Assembly (NCBI GenBank): GCA_011109175.1
Contig: RDEW01000097.1
Coordinates: 5,390 to 69,389, forward strand
Length of the DNA stretch: 64,000 nucleotides
Source of the DNA: Dicyema japonicum
Lineage: Eukaryota; Animalia; Dicyemida
Reading direction: 5' to 3'
A model generated the notes under the pieces. It searched no databases and had not been told where the DNA came from. It was given only the letters and a program-made list of their open reading frames with translations. Of the stretch, positions 40,051 through 51,417 are shown one piece after another (position 1 is the stretch's first letter; each line of letters begins with the position of its first letter). The position numbers and the translations under genes were made by a program.

Positions 40051-40779
40051 GTTTTCATGTACTGAGGAGACGCCAATTGCCAGGGCGGCATCAAAAGGAT
40101 CCACTATTTTTTCTCCGGGGACAACTTGGTTACCTGGAGACAAGTTTTGGAACGCTGGAACAAGTCAGGATCAAGGAGTTAGTTAGTTTATTTACCCTTG
40201 GTCAACGGAATAAATTTAATTTTTAATTTTTTTAAGATGCGTTCTCACATTCAATAAACATTTTGGATTAATGTTTTATTTAATTTTAATTAAATTGGCC
40301 AATTATAATTTTTATTATTATTTAAACCTGGCTGGCCGGCAACAAGAAGATCCACATATTCTTTCCGCGGGGACAACTTGGTTACCTGGAAACAAGTTCT
40401 GGAACGAGTCAGGATCAATGAGTTAGTTAGTTTGGTTACCCTTGTCTTTAGAATAAATAAAATTTAAACTTAAAATCCTAGTTATGCCTGGTTTGTTGCG
40501 TGGTGACATTTCTGCAAAAATGTCTGTCTCTATCGTATTAAGTTTGTCTTTTCGACGCCGTTTACAATTGTAACTTTCAACGTCAGATGACTTGCTTTAA
40601 CACTAAATATGGGACTTTATGTAGATTCCTCGAAAAACGAGTATGAAAGTTACATCGAGAAAACTGGTATAACGGACAGTGAAGGGCACGGCAATAGCGA
40701 AACCATAAGTAATTATATGCATATGGGTAACGTCGGAGTTTATTTTACTCACTTACTTAGATAGAGTCCACTCCTAGAT

Positions 40780-41375
40780 CAGTGGTTCTCTACCTTAAGG
40801 TGCTCGCGGAACCCTTTTAGGTTAATTTATTTTTTGCGGAACCCTTACATTTCAATATCACAAATTTTCACTCAAAAAATAATTGTAATAACCAAAAACA
40901 ATTTTAATGTTAACATTGAGGTAACTTTTTATCATAGCATAATTCTGTAACGTTATGAGTTATTGTTGACAACCTATCTTCATATCAGGGAAGTTTTGGT
41001 AGATGTATATATTGGAAAGCCGACTCGCGTAAGTAAGTCGTTGGAATAGGTAATAGTGTATGTATAATTTTTTCTGAGATATCAGAATAGTGAAATGTAT
41101 TCTCTCCAAAAATTAAAAAGGGATTCATTTTATACATCTGATTTGACGTTGATTCTGATGTCAATAAGATATTCAGATTTAATTGATGTAGATTTGCTGG
41201 TATTACTTTAACTTTGAATGGAATTTAAACCCAATCATCCAAAATTAGCAAATGATCTTTGATGTCATGAAGTACTGTATCACACAATGCGCATTTTGAT
41301 TCATAAGATACTTTTACAGCATGTAATGTGTAATGTTATTTTTTATTTACGGATGACCGTCAAAATTTGTTCAAT
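40780..41375 (-). mobile_element. hAT end fragment (same family as 9704 and 43307)
   Basis: cagtggttctctacc terminus, cgcggaaccc subterminal repeats, FPTTYLRESAF-like motif. Confidence 0.8.
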
Positions 41376-42297
41376 TTTTAGGTCAAAAATTTCCGAATTA
41401 TAAAGTCAAAATAAAAATCGCCCTAGTTATCAGTGAATACCTCCTAGAAGAATGTATAATATTTTGGAAATCATAGGAAGACAAGAAAGACATGAGAAAT
41501 GAAAACTTAGAAACACTGCTCACAATTTTATGGATTTTTGGGTTATTCCTAAAATACGAGTAGTACAACATCCCAACACAGCAGACAGATTCTTAGCTTC
41601 CACATTCCCCACATCACTGTAGTTGACGAGACTAAGGATAAAAGAGAATACTACTCAGCAAGTAAATGTAATTTTTATCGTAGTTACAGCCAGGCAGTTC
41701 GGTCAAGGTCAGCGTGATCCGCAGAATTTTTCACATTTTTAGGGTCATTTATAAGAGAGAAAATCTCGAAAATTCACAAGAAGGTGGGAAGATACTGAAG
41801 CACCCAGTAACATGTATTTAATGTCGATGCTTACCTGTGAATGAGTGGTCGAAGTAATCGATCCCATCCATATAAAAACAGAACAACCTGCCTCGAGACA
41901 AGCTATGTCTTTTCACTTTGGTTTGTCCCTCGTTTACTCTGGACGGTCCCTAGGACCAATCCACAATTTGCGGATGTGCCTCGTGCAGACAAGAATGACT
42001 GAGTGTATGTCCATTCCGTTCTCTCTGTTAATAAATTTGCAGCATAAGAACCCGGGCTTATCTTCGAGTCAGGGCTAATAAATCAAACTAATCACCCCAA
42101 ATCAAATGGTTGCGGAGACATTAATGGAACCATAGAAATCACAATGTATTTTTATGATAACCAAAAGAATTGAATTTGCTACACTTTTCAACAGGAAAAA
42201 ATTCAGCATATGCAAAACTTCAAAAACCTCTCTTTTGCATAACGCAAACTGTAAAAATTTATATTTTTAATTATTATTCGAAAATTACATAAACAAT

Positions 42298-43306
42298 CAT
42301 AAAATGAACTTTATAACAAGTGCCTTATATACAGAGGATGCCTCAAGGGTTTATTCGGAGTTGTATTAATAAGAGACGATCAGGATAAACTTAATAATAT
42401 ACATTGAGTGGTAGTTTTTGACTGCGACATTAGGTCATACACTAGGTTTTTTTCACTAGTAGGTACCGTGGGTAAATTAATTAATAACTATTTATTAACA
42501 GAGACATCACAAGTAATAAATTGCTAATCACCGTTTGTATTCTTCTTAATATTATTTTTAAAATAAATTAAAAAATATCAAAAATAATAAAACCAGTTTT
42601 CGGCGGGCAATCATTTCCTTTACAGTGGATGGAATTAAACTCCTCTTCAGGGAGCTGTGTTGTCTCATGAGTAGAGACATCCCTTTCATAAGCTTTGGTG
42701 TAATCAATATGTTCAAGGACATGCTTTTTTTGGAAGCACTTCAATCATTCATACTATAACCTTTTTTGTTACCTTTGGGCAACTTGTTGATTTTGGCATC
42801 AATAGCCTTTATCCTCAGCTCTGTCGCCTTTGTCAGTCTCACATATGATAACATTGAATGTGCTAAAACTAAAACTTGTGGTAAAACTAGCTAATGTGCA
42901 GGGGCTTGGGGAAGCTCCTAACGGGGGAATTAAACGTTTGTTTAGTCTCGAGGTTCTTCTTTTCTGTGTGCACAGCGACTAGAAATGGTTTTGGTCGAAG
43001 AGTGTTGGTGTTTGCTTTTATTTCTAGCCAATGTTTTAGTTTTATTTTTCTATTGTCGATTTCTTGACATGATTAATAAACGAACCTTTTACGACGGAAT
43101 CCTCCACGTATTCTGAGAGGTCTTTATCTTCGATGTAACGATGGGTCTTTTGGACAATTCTCATATTTCTATTTCTTTCAGATATTTTCAATAGTTGGTT
43201 CTGCTTGTATATATATGTTACAGCCAATTTGTGTAATCATTTGTGTAATCAGTCAATTCACGAAATGACTAAAAAATGATTCAGTAATTTCATGAATTGT
43301 CTGGAC
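42298..43306 (-). repeat. Second copy of the unknown duplicated unit
   Basis: Aligns to 8259-9703 and keeps the same gtctggac junction to the hAT end. Confidence 0.85.
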
Positions 43307-45858
43307 CGGTGGTTCCTAACCATAATGTGGTCGCGGAACCCTTTTGGGTTAATTTATTTTTTGCGGAACCCTTCCAATTCAATTATTACAATTTTCACTT
43401 AAACATAATCGTAATAATTATTATTAATTGTAATAACCAAAAACAATTTTAATGTGAGCATTAGTTGTGTAGCGTTGGGAGTTATTGTTGACAACTCTAT
43501 CCTCTTAGCTATCGAACATATGAAATCCACGAGTCTTTTATGGAAAACTATTCTTCGATTCAAGCTAAACTTATCAGAGGTATCAGAATCTTTTTCTGCT
43601 CCAATTACTGTTCAAGCTAACACCCTAATGAAATATTACGCATCCGTAAGTCACAAGGACTTTCGAAACCCCATTCTTGTCACCTACGGATTTTAATGCC
43701 TAAACCAACTTAGTGGATCTATTTATTTACGCATGCCGATGTCACTCTGGCTATAAGATCGATGAAGAGATCTTATACGTGTGGTCCTGACGGCATTCCG
43801 GAAATTTTGCTAAAACATTTTGGTAGTGTTGCAATCAATTCGATTTCGTCAATTTTTAATTCGTCTTCTATCAAGAACGTCTTCCATGCAAATGCAAGAA
43901 CTCACTTATAACACCCCTCCTAAAACAGGAAAACTGAAAAACCTTACCTTTTTCCTACCGTCAAATTTCATTAACCCACCCACTATCTCGCCTAATGGAG
44001 AAACTCTTACTCTGGAAATTTAAACCCCATTTGCCCGACTGTCACATTCAACATGGTTTCAAATGTGAGCGTTCAACTACGACATATTTGACTTCACTGT
44101 CTCAATTTATATCAGAAGGGTTCAACGAACCGAAACGCCATCTACGGATATAGTGGTCTCCTTGGACATACAAAAGGCGTTCGATCTGTCTCGAGAATAT
44201 TACTCACGAAGAAGGTTTTTGACATCACCATTCAGCCGGCTTTGAAAAGATAGATAGCCAATTTTCTCTCCGGAAGAAGAGGACGTGTCTGTTTAGGCCA
44301 CGCAAGATTGAGGTCCCGTCTCCGATTAAATGGCGTCCCTCAAGGATCTCCCCTCTTTCCGGCGTTGTTCAATTTATTCCTAAACGATTTACCCTGCCCT
44401 GGATGACCAGATTCAATACTTCTCACTTATGTTGACGACCAAATCATCGCTAGCAGGAACAAATACGTGGGTATAGCAAAATCAGAGCTTCAGTCACATA
44501 TTGACGACCTGGGAGCCTGGTTGAATTTGAATCGTCTTTCCATATCCAGGGATAAATCAACATGTACAATCTTCACCACAGACAGAAAAAAAAAACATAC
44601 ACTGGATTTGAACATTTACCACTACAGATTTATCCAACTATTCTGGGAGTTACTTTAGATGACATTTTCTCAACATGTGAAGAACGTTATGACAAATGGT
44701 TTCAGAAAATTAAATATAATCAAACCGCTCTTATAGTCCAGGCCGTCACGGGAATGCGCTGTCGTCTTGTTCAATCAACTTTTAAAACCGACGGTAGAGT
44801 ATGCTTGTGCCTCATGGGCCTATGGAGCTTAAATATCAAATTCATAGAAGATCAACTCCCTAACAGGCAAACTTGACGTCTAACAACTCTACCCCTTGAT
44901 CTTTTCAAGTCGTTTCTTCCATTCAAGGCTAAAGGTCTCAAATACACGAAATTTGGAAAAAAAATCCACCCCTCTTCAAACTCTAATGATAGATGATCGT
45001 CGTCTATTTAGGAAATCCGTGGGTACTCTAAAGCAACATAGGAAAAACCTCTCGATCTTGTTAAGGCGTACCGGGATCATTTAATTAGTTGGTTTACTAT
45101 TTCTTTCTTGGTGTTCCCTTTTCGGGGTTATTCAATAAATAAATATTAGCGGAAGCATTAAGTTTATTTCTATATTTTGTTTTGGTAGATGTATATATTG
45201 AAATCCCCGACTCGCATAAGTAAGTCGTTGGAAAAGGTAATATTTTACGTATAGCCTTTTCGAAGATATCAGGCTATTTTGAAATGTATACTCTTCAAAA
45301 ATTAAAAAGGGATTCATTATATATATAATTTGACGTTGATTCTGATGTAAAATCAATAAGGTGTTTATATTCAATTGATGTTAGATTTGCTGGTATTAGT
45401 TTAACTTTGAATGGATTTTGAATCCAGTCGTCATCAAATTTTGCAATGTTATCATGCAAAATTACCAATTGATATTTGATGTCCTGTATCGTCTAATGCG
45501 CAAATTGATTCATTAAGATATTTTGCAGAATGACAAAACATGTAATGTTATTTTGATTTACGGATGACCGTCAAAATTTGTTCGCCGTAAATATACTCGA
45601 TGGTCTTTTTTGAACATGGCTTTATAAGATTTTTGGCAATTGTATGTTCTTCTCCACAGCGTGCTACAAGATAACTCACCTGTTTAAAATAATTATATAC
45701 TTTATAAAATGGTCAATTTAAGTTGTCGTCTTTCGCAAAATGTGACATTTCCAACTTGCACCTTGTAGATAATAATTAAATATTATTATTAAATAATTTA
45801 TAATAAATTTCATGGAATCCTAAAACTGGTTCCGCGGAACTCAGGTTGGGAACCACTC
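43307..45858 (-). mobile_element. Non-autonomous hAT with both termini, interrupted by a LINE
   Basis: cggtggttcctaacc ... ggttgggaaccactc; 43307-43509 plus 45143-45780 are colinear with 9704-10510. Confidence 0.85.
43510..45142 (+). mobile_element. 5'-truncated LINE (RT, RxCVG family) nested in hAT
   Basis: DVTLAIRSMKRSYTCGPDGIP, QHGFKCERSTTTYL, LDIQKAFD, GVPQGSPLFPALFNLFLND, YVDD; ends RKSVGTLKQHRKNLSILLRRTGII*. Confidence 0.9.
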
Positions 45859-46149
45859 CCTTAGATTATGTAGAATACATACATAGTCGAAGGATTTTGT
45901 TCAGTTCTGTGCCTTCTTCAAATTCAAAAAGCTGTTTCAGGAGAAACCCAATAACAGGCCGATATCCAAAAAGGATATATATTTTCCCACTCTACTTGAA
46001 GGTTTCCAACAATGCTTATATTAATGGATGTAATGTTAGGAAAAAGCGTCTCTTTTTGACCATGGAAGCTGAATATACCTTAATTATTCTTCAACTCTTA
46101 ACATTTTTCAGTTACGCTTTGGGCATCAATTAAACAATACTTTTCATGA

Positions 46150-46394
46150 TTTTATTGAAGAAAACGGGTGCAAGTTTGATCTCACATGAACTAATGACAA
46201 TAACGCGAGTTTACAGGAGATGTGTGGGATCCCATGATGAATATCGAACGAGGATGAGGTAGTTGCTGAAAAGGCAGGTATCATTCATGACCGTGTTTTA
46301 TCTTGCTTAATTTTATGGTAATTTTTGTTCCTTAAATAGATAAAATAAATATAGTCTGAATTCATCATAACTTCAGTACATTTTACAATGAGGG
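46150..46394 (+). mobile_element. LINE 3' end (RxCVG family) plus flank; 46266-46394 is repeated at 51216-51346
   Basis: YRRCVGSHDEYRTRMR..L.KAGII; direct repeat seen in sequence. Confidence 0.75.
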
Positions 46395-46732
46395 ACTCAG
46401 ATCTGAGTTTAACTTTTCCGAAATGTATTTTAAAGCTGAGGAGTATCACCTCAAATGATAAGATTTCTAGATTTGCTACCCCCTCTAACTGATTTTCTTA
46501 ATCTTTGAATTTTTTACTAAAATTTGTTCTAAAATTATACCTCGTGTATAATCTGTTTTGAAATTTCGAACTACATTTGAGAACGGAGATAAGGGATCTC
46601 ACCATGTAAAATCTTATATGTTCTTCAAGTGTTCTGCTCTTTCCCTCAACAAAATCTTTTTTAGATTTTGTAACAAAGTTTGTCATAGGACAAGTTAATA
46701 TAGTGATTCAGTAATTATATGTATCTCAAGTC

Positions 46733-46808
46733 GCCTTGTTAGCTCAGTCGGTAGACCATGGGACTCTTAATTCCAGGGTCACGGGTTCGAGTCCCGTACA
46801 GGGATCCA
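46733..46808 (+). tRNA. tRNA-Lys(CTT)-like copy ending in CCA, probably a pseudogene or retrocopy
   Basis: 73-nt cloverleaf: anticodon arm TGGGA-CTCTTAA-TTCCA, T arm ACGGG-TTCGAGT-CCCGT; mismatches at pair 1:72 and in the D stem; CCA at 46806-46808. Confidence 0.85.
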
Positions 46809-46965
46809 GTCGGGTGGCATAGTGGTTAGGTGTCGGGCTTAAGTGGCTTAGGTTACGGGTTCGAATCTCGCTGCTGTTCACCTGGTGGAAGGTTCCACGG
46901 ATCTACGATGCAGAAATGGTTTGACGAGTGACGTCGTCATCAGTGGATACTCACTGGGAGCTGTC
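46807..46965 (+). mobile_element. tRNA-derived SINE, 5' half
   Basis: cagtcgggtggcatagtggttagg...ggttcgaatc; matches 28955 and 36297 copies. Confidence 0.85.
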
Positions 46966-47107
46966 TTGTCTTGTCTCTTGAAATCATACAATAGTGACAC
47001 TGTAAATAGCCATAAGACTCCTCGGTTGGAAATATTGATAAAGCTCCTGACATTGAAATATAGCACTGTAAAATTCTCTAATATCCAATGATTAAACAAA
47101 AATGTCC

Positions 47108-47255
47108 CAAAAATAAACTTTCCAAAGAATCTTTAATCTTGTCCGACGTTATGACTAAACAAAAATAAGCTTTCCAAAGAATCTTTAATCTTGTCCGACG
47201 TTATGACTAAACAAAAATAGGCTTTCCAAAGAATCTATAATCTTGTCCGACGTTA
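47108..47255. repeat. 52-bp tandem repeat, ~2.8 copies
   Basis: ctttccaaagaatctttaatcttgtccgacgtta starts at 47118, 47170, 47222. Confidence 0.95.
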
Positions 47256-48299
47256 ACCACTAAGCTACTTAAAATTGGTCAAGTTCCATAAACTTATGTG
47301 AAGTAAAATATTAAGAATCTGTAAATTTTATCATCATTTTTAATGGTAGTCTCTTCTCAGAGGCTAACTAATTAGTACATGTTTATGTTATCTGAACGGG
47401 AACCATTCACTATGGCTCACCACCCAACATTCAGACAGCCGAGGACAATACATCCTTGTATCTAAATTATACAGGGAAACCATTGTCTCGCTGTGATACA
47501 TGGAGATATGCACTTATTTGGTCGTCGTTGGACAAAATCAGCTTCTTACATGAAAAGACTCTACGCCTTTTATGAATCTAACGGATACTACCTTCATAAC
47601 TTCACTGTCGGAATCGTCAGTATGATACTTCCAGTCCTATTAAGAATATAGGAATCCACTATGTTCTACGTGTTGCGATCAGAAAATGTTTTTCCTCAGG
47701 CATCCGTCCCCCAAGCTTGCTTGTAGAAACGGCTAGTACATCTCGTGTCTTACAAGCCACAAGTTTAGCAGTAATTGTTAACACCGATTTCCTTCACTCG
47801 AAGGGACCAGGGATAAATAAATTATTATCTGTTAAACCCAAATCAATTTGACTTTGAATAATTTCAAGAAACACAAAAATTCTTGGAATCTCAGTATTAT
47901 TGGACTCCATACTGGAATCATTATTACCATCCTCTTCGAAATTTTTCATCTGGTCCGCTCTAGGTGCTACTGATGTAGCATTAGAGTTCTTTGAATCCTA
48001 ATTATTGTTTTCAGTTCTTTAGTGTTTTTAACATTAACAGATTTAGCATTCGTACATATATCGTTTATTTTGCTCAAATTATAAGATTTCCAAGTCATAA
48101 TTATATTGTCAAAACAAACTAGTTACTAACTAGAGACCAATTAAACAGGGAGAAACAAACGATTTTGTATTAGTTGATGGGTCTTCTATAACGAGACACC
48201 ATATGTCTCTTTTAAAACCTCTTGCTCCAAACATGACTTTCAGGGATCACGTTTAATACTGATTTTCCAAAGGAACCAAACATTTCGGTATTTTTTTAT

Positions 48300-48715
48300 C
48301 TGGATACTAGCTTCAATTGTTTTGTTTACGATTAGTAAGTCCCAGCCTGCATCCCCGAACTAGAACTTTTTTTTCATTACTTTTACCACTTTCAAGTTTG
48401 TGAACTGTTTTTGAGAGTTTATTCATTACTAAATTGTATTTTTTTAGTTTAGAGGCTTCGCCTTTCGACATTCTAAAAAATTTTCCATATAACCTTAAAA
48501 ACCACAATTCACGCACATGTTCTAGTTAGTGGTACGGAATGTACATTTAAACCTTGAATGGGGTCCTGAACAATTTAACCATTTCTCCCGATCTATACCG
48601 AAACGGGTTTTGTGACCAAAACCTCGACAGCGATAACACTCTTCAAAAATTGTCGAGTAGTTTGAAGAAAAAGTAAGACGAATCTTCGAGGGGTGAAAGA
48701 TATGATCTATCACGT
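48300..48715 (-). mobile_element. LINE ORF1 (gag-like zinc knuckles) remnant
   Basis: CYRCRGFGHKTRF....KWLNCSGPHSRFKC. Confidence 0.7.
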
Positions 48716-48941
48716 GAGTTAAATTATTATTATTAGCACTTATCGCTATGTCAAAGGACTTGACAAAGCATGTACAACAAAATCACTGGTTAGTTTCATC
48801 CGAATCACGTGTGCTAAATTAAACATTAACAATAAATTTGTGGACTATTTTAACTAAGTTATTTTATAATTACTTTAATAATATATTATTTTTATTTTTA
48901 TTTATCAATTTTTGTTTATATTACCGCGCAAATTAATTTTG

Positions 48942-50810
48942 ATGAGTGTGGAGAATTTTCGAGTAATCTACAATGAGAATTCAAATAAACAGTATTTTTC
49001 CGATCCTTTACTAAGAAAATTTACGGATATCATAATTTCAGGGAGAATTTGGAAAGTGCTATCAACTTTGTACAAACAGTAACTTAATTTATGCTGGAAA
49101 AGTCATCTCAAAGTCAATACTAGAGAAAAATAGTAACCGAAATAAGGTCTAGTTTACAACCCCTTTTGTAGACAGCAAAGGAAGTAGAAATCCAAAGAGC
49201 TCTGTACCAACCAAACATTGTCCAGTTTGTCGACTTTTTTGAGGACCATCTAAATCCCTATCTTATCTTTGAAATTTGCGAGTATAGAGTAGTATCACAT
49301 AATTTGTTCAGTCAATGTTTGAACTGATATGGAGAAGAAAGAAATTAACCACCATTGAAAGCAGATTCTTCACTTACTACATCTCCAAAGCTTTGGAATA
49401 CATCCAATATTTCAAGATCATTCACAGGGACCTCAAATTGGGGAATTTCTATTTAAAGAAACATGCAAATCAAATTAGGGGACTTTGGAATTTCCACGAA
49501 ACCAACTAATGGACTCTTCAAGAGGTACTTGTCTGATTTATTATAGCTCGGTTTGTGGTACCCGAATTATATTGCTCCTGAGGTTCTGAAGATTTTGGAT
49601 CACAGTTATAAGGAGGACAGGTGGTCACTCGGTTGTATGCTGTAAGTCTTAGAGTTAATCAGATATACGATGTTTGTTGGGAGGATGCCCTTTAGAATCG
49701 ATCGTATTGAGGATACTTATGATCATATAGAGAGGGATAAATTTGCTGTCCCCACATCGAATTTAACCGCAAAGACCCTGATTTTAAACTGCCTCGAGTT
49801 TGACCAGTCAAAGCGATATAGTGTGGACTAGATTTTGATGTCTTCTTTTCTGTCGGTACTTAAATGCTTTGATCTTTATGATATATTTCCACTGAACTCC
49901 CAATGAGCTGTTTGACTACTCTCCCTCATTTTGATAGAGACAACAAAGTCTTCATATCTCATATGAAGTTTGTCATGATTTGCAGAAAAGGTGATTTTTA
50001 GGGGAATTTTAGAAATAATGGAGCATGTGGATTTTGAAGAGAAGTGCTGTGAAACTCCAGATCTCCTTATCGAGCTGTAAAGGCAGCTGATTGATCTTCT
50101 TAGTGTCATCAATCAGAATAATCATACTAGTGAAGGTATTGATAAATGTATAATATTTAGGAGGAGACTGAGGACCCATCATGTTTTCCTGTTTACTTTG
50201 TGCCCAAGTGTATAGACTACTCCGAGATGCATGGTTTCAAATACGGACTATAAGGTGGCAGTATAGGATTCATCTTCATAGACGGTACCCACATGATCTG
50301 ACATTCCGACCACGTTTACGCTTTTCCCTTAATCAAAGTACTGTTCAGTACTTTGATATTCAGGGGAATGAAATGTTCTTTGATATTAGCACGGTTCAAC
50401 CGAAATTGACCACCAAATTGAGCTTGTTAAAGCACTGTATTAACTATAATTAGAACATTAAACTGGCACAGGTATGGTTTATGGTTATTTAGACGGGGAT
50501 TGAGGTTATCACGGAAAGGATAGTTCAATGTTCGCGGATGCCACATATCAGAGATTGGTTCAGGACCGACTTGTATTCAGCATTTTTACTGTCGAATGGG
50601 ATTTTGCAGATTAATTTCTTTTCATTACACGAGAAATTGATACTATGTCCCCTTTTGAAGGGAGTGACCTTTATCAATCAAATGAAGGAGGCCCACTCTT
50701 ATAGATTTGAACTTATTTCCAAGTATGGATGTCCCAGGAGGCTGATGGAGTTGTTATATGAGGCAAATAGTGTCGTCTATGCGTTTATTAAGCGTGCTGC
50801 TAAATCTTGA
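48942..50810 (+). pseudogene. PLK1: Polo-like kinase 1 pseudogene, full length with about 9-10 mini-introns
   Basis: Spliced translation: GEFGKCY, YAGKVISK, IIHRDLKLGN, IKLGDFG, CGT.NYIAPEVL, WSLGCML, ELPMSCLT, EETEDPSC, WFRT..AFLLSNGILQINFFSLHEKLILCPLLKGVTFI..YGC; frameshifts near 49455 and 49562, TAG near 49829, first donor TT instead of GT. Confidence 0.92.
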
Positions 50811-51417
50811 TTGTTCATTTTTTTTAGTAAATCGGGTTTTTTCATGATTTTTGTTATATGTTTGTGTCTATCGAATTTGGTTGCCACAATCGCCTTTTAG
50901 AAATAATTTTATACAGATGAGCCAAATGAGGTGAGGTCTTTTATTGGTCGAGTGGTTGTATATCCTCGTCAATGCCACGATCCATGATCATCAAGCCAGT
51001 TGAGTAGGTTGTTTTCCTCTTAGAGATAATAGAGTTATGCCCAATTTGTCATGGTATTTGGGGATATTTTTACGTGATATTTTATCAAATTATTCAGATG
51101 ATTCTGGATTTGAGCTCCCTGGTTATATTTCATTTTTCAAAACCCTCCGTAGCTAACCAGTCAGACTTTTTGACTCTTTCTTTAACCATGGAATAAGTTA
51201 GTTTTTTATCTGGTTCTGAAAAGGCAGGAATCATTCATGACTGTTTTATCTTGCTTAATTTTATGGTAATTTCTATAACTTAAATATATAAAATAAATGA
51301 ATTTAGTCTGAATTCATTATAACTTCAGTACAATTAGCAATGAGGGGGATGAGAGAGACACATCATCACCAGAGCTACGGGTTGGGTAATAAAATAATCT
51401 ATTTTCTTAATTATTAG

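Noticed and set aside
47108-47255. Short repeats suggestive of a CRISPR array
   Set aside because: Units are contiguous 52-bp tandem copies with no unique spacers and no cas genes; eukaryotic context
48942-50810. Alternative genetic code or programmed frameshifting to rescue PLK1
   Set aside because: Lesions include several stop types, indels, broken splice sites and motif substitutions, which fit ordinary decay
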